Shown here: one piece after another, positions 34,886-45,048 of the stretch
How the letters are laid out: the number at the start of each line of letters is the position of its first letter
How positions within the stretch are numbered: the stretch's first letter is position 1
NCBI GenBank assembly: GCA_038087875.1
Contig: CM075988.1
Coordinates: forward strand, 7,318,001 to 7,382,000
Length of the DNA stretch: 64,000 nt
From: Malacoraja senta
Lineage: Eukaryota
Direction: 5' to 3'
The notes under the pieces: model-generated
The model's database searches: none
What the model saw: the letters and a program-made list of their open reading frames with translations, nothing else
What the model was told of the DNA's origin: nothing
Program-made: the position numbers and the translations under genes

Positions 34886-35236
34886 TAATGATTTCTGAGA
34901 GTTGATCTTTGTATCAATCTCATGACATAAAGTGAGACTCAATCTTCTCAGGGCTGTATTAGTCGAACACCCAAAGTGTTGTTGCTAAGGAACCATTATT
35001 CACTTTTACCTAGACAGGGCAGTCTAGACAGTGATACCCCAATGTTTTCTCTTTCTAGCTGCATTGAAGCCATGTTATCTAGTGGCATGGTACTCCTAGT
35101 ACTGAGTTAAAAGTATTGGTCAAAGCCCAGCCAATTTCTCCTATGTTTCGGGCAATTAAATTGCTTGGCTGTTGAGTAAAGGATAATCTTGCTGGGAGTG
35201 GTGCACTGTGTTGGTTCAGCTGGCAGCACACAGACT

Positions 35237-35510
35237 TTAGAGACACAGCATGGAAACAGGCCATTCGGCCCACCAAATCCACACCACTAGTACTATCCTA
35301 CACACTTGGGACAATTTACGATTTTATCAAAGCCAATTGATCTACAAACCTTTGTCTTTGGAGCCTGGGAGGAAACCAGAGCACACGGACAAAACCCATG
35401 GTGTCACAGGGAGAGCGTACAAACTCCACACAGATAGCACCCGTGGTCGGGATTGAACCCGGATCTCTGACGCTGCAAGGCAGAAAACTACCGCTGTGCC
35501 ACCATGCCAC
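35237..35510 (-). mobile_element. HE1/V-SINE-like SINE
   Basis: Reverse-complement full SINE layout. Confidence 0.85.
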
Positions 35511-35559
35511 TTGGACTCAAAAGATACACTCCAGAGACTTGTGTGGATACATCCTGTTA

Positions 35560-35830
35560 ATCAAATATCCAGGCCCACAAAATGGTGGATGTGTAGATTA
35601 CTAAGGAGGTGCTGTACTGCTGAAGGTATAATCTTTTGGATGGGATGTTACACTGAGACTCTATCAGTCATCTTGGGCGATTGTGAGTAATTCTGTGGTA
35701 CTGTCGCAAGGAATAGCGGGGACTTCTCCCCCATCGCGGTTTTGTCCTGCATAAATCTCTCAGTATTTAAAAACTATCAATTATTTATTTGTCTTGTTTG
35801 TGGTTTTGTACAAATTGATCTCTGAGGTTC
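35560..35830 (+). mobile_element. Ancient Deu-domain SINE remnant (SacSINE1/AmnSINE1-like)
   Basis: 'tactaaggaggtgctgtactgctgaaggt...tcttttggatgggatgtta..ctgag...gaatagcggggacttctcccc' resembles the Deu-domain as I recall it; diverged. Confidence 0.55.
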
Positions 35831-36009
35831 TTGAATCATTGTGACGAGAACCGTTCTCAAGTATTCCACCTTTTTTTGTGCGAGGACTTCCTGAGATTAC
35901 ACACGGTGATTACAAAAGGTGGTCTGAAGAAGAGTTCTGACACGAAAATTCACCTCTTCCTTTTTCTCCAGAAATGCAGCCTGACCCGTTGAGTTGCTCC
36001 AGCACCTTG

Positions 36010-36094
36010 TGTCTATCTGCTCTAAACATGGGTTCCTTGCACGAATGGAGACTGGCCAATTCACCAAGGAACCCATGTTTAGAGCAGATAGACA
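36010..36094. repeat. Perfect 30-bp inverted repeat with 25-nt spacer
   Basis: TGTCTATCTGCTCTAAACATGGGTTCCTTG (36010-36039) / CAAGGAACCCATGTTTAGAGCAGATAGACA (36065-36094). Confidence 0.95.
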
Positions 36095-36589
36095 ATTCAA
36101 GGTCTGTCGGTTGAAGCAGGTCTGAAGAGGTCGTGTCCCTTGGATGTGCGCCCCCACCTGCCCAAACCTCTTGCAATTCTATGCATAGGAACCAAAGCCC
36201 AATGTGCAAGGACAATTAAACTACCCCACAATCATTGTAAGTGGGTGTTGACAATCAAGTGAGTTGCCATTTCCAACCATCTGTTAATAATTATCTTTGC
36301 AATTACAAGCTATGGAAGGAGACCTCCTGAGAAAGTGGCACTGGATTTGAGCAACAGATGTTTATACAACAAGGCCATCAGGTCTCCATGTGATGGCGTC
36401 AATTATGGCCGACCCGAGTGACCTGCTCAATCAATCCTCCCTTGGTTTTATTTATGGATTTCCCTGATTCAAAATGGCAGCTTGATGTGATGACTAAATT
36501 CAGACATTGACACTGCTCCTTTCTCCTTAAGGCAGCTGCGGATAGATGTGCGCTGTGAATGCAGTCTGAAAGTGTTTATCCAAGTGTTT

Positions 36590-37116
36590 ATTCCAGGTGC
36601 GGCAGAGGTTCACCTGCACCTCCTCCAACCTCATCTGTTGCATCCGCTGCTCTAGATGTCAGCTGCTCTACATCGGTGAGACCAAGCGTAGGCTTGGCGA
36701 TCGCTTCGCCCAACACCTCCGCTCGGTTCGCAATAACCAACCTGATCTCCCGATGGCTCAGCACTTCAACTCCCCCTCCCATTCCGAATCCGACCTTTCT
36801 GTCCTAGACCTGCTCCATGGCCAGAGTGAGGACCACCATAAATTGGAGGAGCAGCACCTCATATTTCGCTTGGGCAGTTTGCACCCCAGCGGTATGAACA
36901 TTGACTTCTCTAATTTCAGGTAGTCCCTACTTTCTCCTCACCCTCTCAGCTCTTCCTCAGCCCACTGGCTCCACCTCTTCCTTTCTTCTTCCCGCCCCCC
37001 TCCCACCCACCCACACATTAGTCTGAAGAAGGGTTTCGACCCAAAACGTTACCTATTTCCTTCGCTCCATAGATGCTGCTTTACCCGCTGAGTTTCTCCA
37101 GCGCTTTTGTCTACCT
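36590..37116 (+). mobile_element. Penelope-like retroelement 3' fragment: GIY-YIG endonuclease end, 3' UTR and terminal repeat
   Basis: ORF 36597-36923 'FTCTSSNLICCIRCSRCQLLYIGETKRRLGDRFAQHLRSV...HFN...EQHLIFRLGSLHPSGMN'; followed by a pyrimidine tract and the gtctgaagaaggg... repeat. Confidence 0.92.
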
Positions 37117-37811
37117 TTTATCCATGAACTCATGTGTTCATAAAAACGCACCTGCCAGATACTTGATGAAGTTGTGGGAATACATTTTTTAAACTATGTA
37201 AGCTTTTGTTTCCGAGAGATCCACTCCAGGCTTGATATGTCTGCTTTCGTATACTCCTGGAGCTTTGATCTGATGTCTTGCAGCCTGCTACTATTCCCAC
37301 ATGCACGCAGAGACTTTTCCCCCCATCTCCAGAACTCTCTCAGCTGATAAGCAAGATTGCGGGAAGTAAATAATACTTTGATAAGGCTGCTGTGATTTCT
37401 ATTCGAGTTGATCGCGGTAGTGCGCTGGAGATCAACATTTAATTCCTAGAGATTTCCGGATAATCATGCAGACTATCAGGGGATTGCCATCTATATCTCT
37501 CCCAGCAAGATGCTTCAATCCACATGCAGGGTTGAATTTCCACATCAGGTAACCGCTGTTAAACTGTGGGAATACTGAATGCCTTAAAGGGGAAAGGAGA
37601 AGCATATGCCTGTGTTTTCACACAGAGGAACTTCAATCACCAAGAATTTCAGGCTTGGATTCTAGTCTGCATTTAGAGACAAATAGAACTTGGATTCTAG
37701 CCCGCATTGATGGACACATAGAATACAGTGGGAGCAAGAGCTAGAATAAGAGTTGGAAAGAGAGGAAGACTGATCAGCATTCTTTCTCCAGAATGCAGTA
37801 CATTTACTCTG

Positions 37812-37997
37812 CCTGATTACTGAGGGTATATGGATGGATGTTGGGTGGAAATGCAGATTCTTGATTAGTAAGGGTTTCAAAGGTTATGGGGAGAAGGCAG
37901 GGAATGGGGTTGAGAGGGAAAGATAGATCTGCCATGATTGAATGGCTGAGTAGACTTGATGGGTTGAATGGCCTAATTCTGGTCCTGTGACTTATGA
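37812..37997 (+). mobile_element. CR1 LINE 3' fragment
   Basis: 'aaaggttatggggagaaggcagg...gccatgattgaatggc...gaatggcctaattctg'. Confidence 0.8.
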
Positions 37998-38327
37998 AGG
38001 TTGGCTTTAACTGATGTTCCACAATGGATGGACAACCACTGATATTGACAAATAAGATGATTCGCATTTTGGACATTATGGTGTCCAACTTCTCCAACTT
38101 CTAGATGAGGAATCTGCAGTGAAATCTCTGATTCTGCAACAGTGCACACAACAGTATAAATGGTAAGAATTTTATTGTGAATGGTTATTAAGGATTGTTT
38201 TTTTTTTTGATACATTGCTTCGTCTTCATATAGATGACTGCAATTCCAATTCTGTGGTTTGGAGGAACTCCTGAAGTGCTTTTATTTATCTGGGTGCTTT
38301 TTATTGGTAAGAAAGAACTGCAGATGC

Positions 38328-38510
38328 TGGTTTAAATTGAAGGTAGACAAATGCTGGACGACCAGCGGGTGAGGCAACATCTCTGGAGAGAAGGAATGGG
38401 CGACGTTTCGGGTCTGAAGAAGGGTCTCGACCCGAAACGTCACCCATTCCTTCTCTCCAGTGATGCTGCCTCTCCCGCTGAGTTACTCCAACATTTTGTG
38501 TCTACCTTTG
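38328..38510. mobile_element. Palindromic pair of Penelope-like terminal repeats; + copy has a complete minimal hammerhead fold
   Basis: GGGT-CTGAAGA-A-GGGT(CTCG)ACCC-GAAA-CG-TC-ACCC at 38410-38445. Confidence 0.85.
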
Positions 38511-38831
38511 GTTTTTATTGGTGTTCCTTGGACTTGGAACATGGTCCATATAACAGTACAACACAGCAACTATATCTGTACTCAACAGTATGTCAAGTTA
38601 AAGTAATCATCTCTGCCTGCACATGATCCAGATTCCTCCACCCCATGTATGTCTGTGCCTATCTAAAAAACATTTAAATGCCACAATCATATCTGCCTCC
38701 CCCACCACCCTCAGTATGTAAACAAAAAAAATTGCCCTGTACATCTCCTTCATACTTTGCCCCTCTCACCTAAAAGCTCTGCCATTGTATAAATTGCTAT
38801 GCCATTGTATTGAACTTGCATTTATAGAGAA

Positions 38832-40190
38832 CTAGACTAAGTGGGACCCATTGGGTCACAGCATCACATGGGACGGCTGGTCCCCCAACGAAATATTCCA
38901 CCAATTCCAATATTGGGGGGGGGGGGGCTTTCTGGAGCGCTAGTATGGGTGTTGTGGGCTGAAGGGACTGGTTTCCAGAGGGCTTGTATGGACATTGTGG
39001 GCCGAATGGATTCTTGGGCTGGCGGCTCAGTCACTCAAGCCTGTTGTGCTGGCAGCTCACTCACTCACGGCTGGTGGGCTGGCAGTTGACTCATGGCTAT
39101 TCCTTGAAATTCCATTTCAAGCAGGGTGCAAGGCCACCAAATTCAAGTGCAGTTTCTTACCACTTCAAGCAGGGTGCAAGGCCACTAAAGACAGTGTGTC
39201 ATGACCTCTCCCTCCTCCATCTTGCAGAGACTGAGCCACGCCCACACTTCTGAGTTTTATAGTTTCTACCCCCTCCCACCAGAAGGGGGCGTGGCCTTCA
39301 TGGCGTGATTGACAGGAGAGAGAATGTCAACATTTTTTAAACACTAATAAGTCTTTTATTTTTCATCGATGGGAAAAATCCTCAGCACCTGATGAGCAGA
39401 GGGAGACTCTGAGTAAGATGGCCAAATATCACAGCCATACGTTGTAATGTTTTTTCTAAAATCAATATAGAGCACAAACAGGAAGTGGTCAAGATTAGAC
39501 TTTTAAGTATATAGAAGGCAAGGCAATTTTAATTAGGCAAGGTAACTTTAATTAGGCAACACAGCTTTAGCATTTCCAAACCAAAGGCAACACAGCTTTA
39601 GCATTTCCAAACCAAAGGCAACACAGCTTTAGCATTTCCAAACCAAAGGCAACACAGCTTTAGCATTTCCAAACCAAAGGCAACACAGCTTTAGCATTTC
39701 CAAACCAAAGGCAACACAGCTTTAGCATTTCCAAACCAAAGGCAACACAATTTTGGCATTTCCAAACCAAAGGCGACACAGCTTTAGCATTTCCAAACTA
39801 TATTTTCAAACCACATTAAGGGCACTGACAGGTCAGTAAAACCACTCACAGTTTAGTAGACATGTGTTCAGTGTTATTCACAGCTCAGACTGAGAGATGT
39901 GACCCTCTCGCTCCCCCATCTTGCAGAGACTGACCGAGGCATTCAACACCTCCGGGTTTTACAGTCCCTCCGGAAGGGGCGTGGCCTTCAGGAGAGAGAA
40001 TTTCAACATTTTTTAAACACAAATAATTATTTTATTTTTCATCAATGGGAAAAACCCTCTTGTCCTGCGCAGCGGAGGGGGACTCTGAGTAAGATGGCCA
40101 AAAATCACAGCCGTAAGTGGCAGCGTTTTTTCTAAAATCAATATACAGAACAACAGGAAGTGGTCAAGATCAGACTTTTAGTAATATAGA
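38832..40190 (-). mobile_element. Non-autonomous Helitron, composite (two 5' ends), containing a minisatellite
   Basis: The minus strand starts A|TCTATATTAC and ends with a subterminal hairpin (gaccc-aat-gggtc) then CTAG|T, with no TSD; 39200-39515 and 39900-40190 are diverged copies. Confidence 0.85.
39555..39798. repeat. 31-bp minisatellite, ~8 copies
   Basis: Unit GGCAACACAGCTTTAGCATTTCCAAACCAAA starts at 39555, 39586, 39617, 39648, 39679, 39710, 39741 and 39772; no spacers. Confidence 0.97.
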
Positions 40191-40254
40191 TATTCCAAAC
40201 TGCCTGGCAGTCAATAAATTATTTTTGACATGTCGTCCCTGTTGTCATATTGTA

Positions 40255-40545
40255 TAAAGCAGCAGCCAATGTAACCACAAATGTGCTGATTGCTAAATAA
40301 TCCACTTTAGTGCTGTTGGATGAGGGAAAGATGTTGGCAGGACACTTGGTCTCTTCCTTGAATTGTACCCTGGGATTTTTTGTGTCTATTTGAGGGCAAT
40401 CAATGTCTCATCTGAAATACAACACCTAAAATCGTGCATTTAACTCTCATGCTACATTAAAATGCCAGACGAGAGCTTTGGGCTTTGGTTTCAAGTGAAG
40501 CTTGAAATCTTGACCTGCTGACTTAAAGGTAAAAGCACTTCCTCA
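40255..40545 (-). mobile_element. Ancient Deu-domain SINE remnant
   Basis: 'gttggatgagggaaagatgttggcaggacac...tgggattttt...aatgtctcatctgaaa.acaacacct' is the reverse complement of a Deu-domain-like sequence. Confidence 0.55.
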
Positions 40546-40723
40546 GGGTTTTGTGCTGAACTTTAAAAAGTGCTATGTGATTGCAAACAAAAATCCATCT
40601 GTGAGATGTTAGTGATTTCTTTTCTGCAGGTATGTGTGAGAGTGGATGGGCGGAGTATTGACATTTTCTTCTAATCTTGCTAGGTCAAATACGTCCCCTG
40701 TAGCTTTGAGAATACTTTCTGAC

Positions 40724-41195
40724 CCTTGCTATTGAGGGAGTGCAGCGTAGGTTCACCAGGTTAGTTCCCGGGATGGCAGGACTGACATATGATGAAAGAA
40801 TGGGTCGACTGTGCTTGTATTCACTGGAAAGTAGAAGGATAAGAGGGGAACTTATAGAAACATATAACATTCTTAAAGGATTGGACAGGCCTGATGCAGG
40901 AAAAATGTTCCCCAGGGTTCACAAATTAAGAATAAGGGGTAGGCCATTTAGGCCTGAGATGAGGAAAAACGTTTTCATCCAGAGAGTTATGAATCTGTGG
41001 AATTCTCTGCCACAGAAGGCAGTAGAGGCCAATTCACTGGATGTTTTCAAGAGAGAGTTAGATTTGGCTCTTCAGGCTAACAGAATCAAGGGATATGGGG
41101 AAAAAGCAGGATTTTGGATGATCAGCCATGATCATATTGAATGGTGATGCTGGCTCGAAGGGCCGAATGGCCTACTCCACCTATTTTCTATGTTT
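40724..41195 (+). mobile_element. CR1 LINE 3' fragment
   Basis: ORF 40740-41147 'QRRFTRLVPGMAGL.YDERM.RL.LYSLE.RR.RG.LIETY...NLWNSLP'. Confidence 0.95.
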
Positions 41196-41351
41196 TTAAT
41201 ACCATATATTAGTGGTATAGAGGTATTAGGGCTCTTTTGAAACCTTGATGCTTAATACAATAAACCTCTGTAATATCCATTGAAACACGTTATAGGTTTG
41301 GAGACGGGTGACTGGAAAATAATATGGCACCATACAGGCAGGGAGCCCAGA

Positions 41352-41748
41352 CTTCAACAGTCAAGAGTGTTTAATTGTCATATATACTGAAAATGGAATA
41401 TGAGATTCTTACTTGCAGCAGTGTAAAAGGGTTGTAAACACAGGACTCAAAGATAAGAAAATAAACAAAAAAAAATCAATAACTTAAAAACCTTCATATT
41501 ATTGCAAAATGTGCAAAGTCTCTAGTGCAAGGCAGTTCATAATTCATAGTTTAGTTGGTGTTTGTAGTGTTTAAGAGCCTGATGGTTGTTAGTAAGAAGC
41601 TGTCCTTGAATGCGGAGGTCACGGTTTCCGATTCCTATACTTCCCGATGGCAGGAGTGAGCGTGGCCAGATTGGTGTGGGTCCAGGTCCCTGATGATGCT
41701 GGTTGCCTTTCTGAGGTGGCGCCTCCTATAAATCTCTTCAATGGCGGT
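41352..41748 (-). mobile_element. Rex1/Babar-like LINE 3' fragment
   Basis: Same layout as 22731-23014 (cctgatggttg...aagctgtccttgaa...cttcccgatggcag). Confidence 0.6.
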
Positions 41749-42190
41749 GATTTGATCCTGTGTGTGGAGCTAGAGAATCCATGTTGAATTAGTCACTAGG
41801 ATTCGAGTGTAGGTGGTTGCTTGCCTAATAGAATAGCTCATACATTTGTTTCAGGAAGAATGGCGCAGTGCTGGAAAGACTTAGTACCTCTAGAACATTA
41901 TCCAGAGTGAGCACAAATGGAGCAGAGGGTCGGAAAGAACTTGGGAGGTAAAGAGCTGTCTAATGTTTGTGGTGATCACGTCAAAGCTTTTGAAACATGA
42001 CCGATTTTATATGGTTGTTCTGCTATCAGTTACTAGTGCAGGATTTTGGGGTTATTATTTGCTCGAACCTCAACACTGATGCCACCAAAGGCTTAATTTG
42101 AGCAGAGCCGGAATTGTTCGAAACTGCTTGGGTGGTGCAGCTGGTAGAGCTGCTGCTTCACAGTGGCAGAGACCTAGGTTCGATCCTGAC

Positions 42191-43143
42191 AATAGGTGCA
42201 GGAGTAGGCCATTCGGCCCTTCGAACCAGCACCGCCATTCAATGTGATCATGCTGATCATCCCCAATCAGTACCCCGTTCCTGCATTCTCCCCATATCCC
42301 CTGACTCCGCTATCTTTAAGAGCCCTATCTAGCTCTCTCTTGAAAGTATCCAGAGAACTGGCCTCCACTGCCCTCTGAGGCAGAGAATTCCACAGACTCA
42401 CAACTCTCTTTGAGAAAAAGTGTTTCCTCGTCTCCTTTCGAAATGGCTTACCCTTTGTTCTTAAACTGTGGCGCCTGGTTCTGGACTCCCCCAACATCGG
42501 GAACATGTTTCCTGCCTCTAGCGTGTCCAAACCCTTAACAATCTTATATGTTTCAATAAGATATCCTCTCATCCTTCTAAACTCCAGAGTGTACAAGCCC
42601 AACCACTCCATTCTCTCAGCATATGATAGTCCCGCCATCCAGGGAATTAACCTTGTAAACCTACGTTGCACTCCCTCAATAGCAAGAATGTCCTTCCTCA
42701 AATTAGGGGACCAAAACTGCACACAATACTCCAGCTGTGATCTCACTAGGGCCCTGTACAGCTGCAGAAGGACCTCTTTGCTCCTATACTCAACTCCTCT
42801 TGTTATAACGGCCAACATGCCATTCGCTTTCTTCACTGCCTGCTGTACCTGCATGCTTACTTTCAGTGACTGATGTACAAGGACACCCACGTCTCGTTGT
42901 ACTTCCCCTTTTCCTAACTTGACACCATTCAGATAATAATCTTCCTTCCTGTTTTTGATACCAAAGTGGATAACCTCACATTTATCCACATTAAACTTAA
43001 TCTGCCATGCATCTGCCCACTCCCCCAACCTGTCCAAGTCACCCTGCATTCTCATAGTATCCTCCTCACAGTTCACACTGCCACCCAGCTTTGTGTCTTC
43101 AAATTTGCTAATGTTACTTGAATCCCTTCATCCAAATCATTGA
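42191..43143 (-). mobile_element. CR1 LINE 3' fragment (RT C-terminal half), next to a SINE head fragment (42129-42190, +)
   Basis: ORF 42267-43076 'QGDLDRLGEWADAWQIKFNVDKCEVIHFG...LYRALVR..LEYCVQFWSP...LWNSLP'. Confidence 0.95.
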
Positions 43144-45048
43144 CAGAAGTATCAAATGCTTGAGGTTAAACACCATTTAAAATTTGGAAAAGAACAAGAA
43201 CCTCCTGAGCATGTCATTGGTAGCAGAAATTAGCTTCCAATTGACCTCGGGATGTCTCAATTAAACTGTAATTGATCAGGGTGTTAGTTCTAGGTCTTGT
43301 AGAAAACAGTAAGGTTTCACGTAACCGCATCTTTAGCAGCGGGATAATGGAATGCGCACTTAATGATATAAAGTACCTATCTTTATGTTCCTTCCAAGGC
43401 CAAGGAGATCTAGTATTACATTTACAAAGAACCCTTCTATTTCTGGGTCTTGAAGGAAATTGGTCCTGTACACCACTCCTCATGTTTCCATGCACTGTGC
43501 GAGAAGAGAAATTTCCTATTAGGATGTTTTAAAATTGATTATCCAAATCAATTCTCAATGTTATTTAATATACAGATGTTCCCCGATTTATGATGCTTCG
43601 ACTTACGATATTTCGACTTTGCGATAAAGAATAACAATCATAATTGAGCAGACAGGGAGATTGCTAATGAAAAGTGGACAAGATTCTCGCTGTTCAGTAG
43701 ATTTGGTAATTGAAAAACAACCTCTGTTTTATTTCAGGAGTCGTTCAGAAATCATCATCAGCATCTTTAAATGCTTTGCTTTCAAATGCTTTTAGTAAAA
43801 ATGCCAAGATGAAAAACATTTTTCTGAAACAAGGAAAAATAAAATTAGTTCTTTTAAACGTTCTACTCTCCAATCCCATGAGCCTAAACAGTTTAATGCT
43901 GATTGATATTGTTTATTTAATAATTGTATTTTGTGATCTCGAAGGGATATTGTTCCATTTTTTGCAGTGTAATAATATGGTCCTACAGCATGGAAACAGG
44001 CCCTTTAACCCAACTTGCCCACACCGATCAACATGTCCCATCTTCATTAGTCCCACCTGCCTGCATTTATTGCAAAAAAAGACAGAGTGCTGGAGTAATT
44101 GAGTGGGCCCAACAGCATTTCTGGAGAACACTGATCGGTGGAGCAACTGCAAAGATTGCTGGCTTGTTTTCCACTCCGTATTGCTCTTTCCTCAACTGGA
44201 CTGATAATTCATCAAACTCTCCTCCAGTGCATTCGCTGCTGCATTTATGAAGCGTTTCTGGGAGGAGAAAAGACACATTAGCTGTGAGCCATTTTCTGAA
44301 GGAGATGGATGTTATTGGTGTTAAAGATTAGATGTGGAGGTCACCTAATGTTTCGTCGTCTCTGATTTGTGTTTTCATGAATGAATTGCAAGAAACCTAA
44401 ATATTGATCTCGTAAATAATAAAGCACAGCAATTTACCATCATGAATAATGTTTTTTTTAAATTAAAAATGAGAACTTGAAGATTAAGTGTCTTGGAGCT
44501 GGTGGGTCATGTCTAAAGTGTCCTTAGTGGCTCCAAGATGTATAATAGCTGTTTTCAGCCATAATGTAATCTATTGAATTTGTTGATTATAGATCAACTG
44601 AAGTCATATGGGTAAAGATTAGATTCAAAAGAGATGTTGTCGCTGTGCTGGGTGTGTTTTACTGCACAAACAAAGTCACCAGGTGATAAGGGGGATTGAT
44701 AAGTAGGCAGATGTTCGACAGATGTGGTAAAGATAGGATTATTTTAGGGGATTTCAATTCCCAAATATTAATTGGGATTGTCTCCGTGTAGATGGTTTCA
44801 GGGGGGGCGGGGGTATTTGGGAGTTCTGAGTTTTGTCCAGACAAGCTTTTTAACACTATATTCAGTGCCCTCCATAATGTTTGGGACAAAAACCCTTTAT
44901 TTAATTATTTGCCTCTGTACTCCACAATTTGAGATTTGTAATAGAAAAAAAATCACATGTGTTTAAAGTGCACATTGTCAGATATTAATAAAGGCCATTT
45001 TTATACATTTTGGTTTCACCATGTAGAAATTACAGCAGTGTTTATACA

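Noticed and set aside
39555..39798. 31-bp repeat array as a CRISPR array
   Set aside because: The units are head-to-tail with no spacers, there are no cas genes, and the context is a vertebrate Helitron; it is a minisatellite.
43572..43626. Tigger/pogo-like terminal repeat (ta-cagatgttccccgatttatga...)
   Set aside because: Only one end is visible, with no matching inverted end or transposase; too weak to call.
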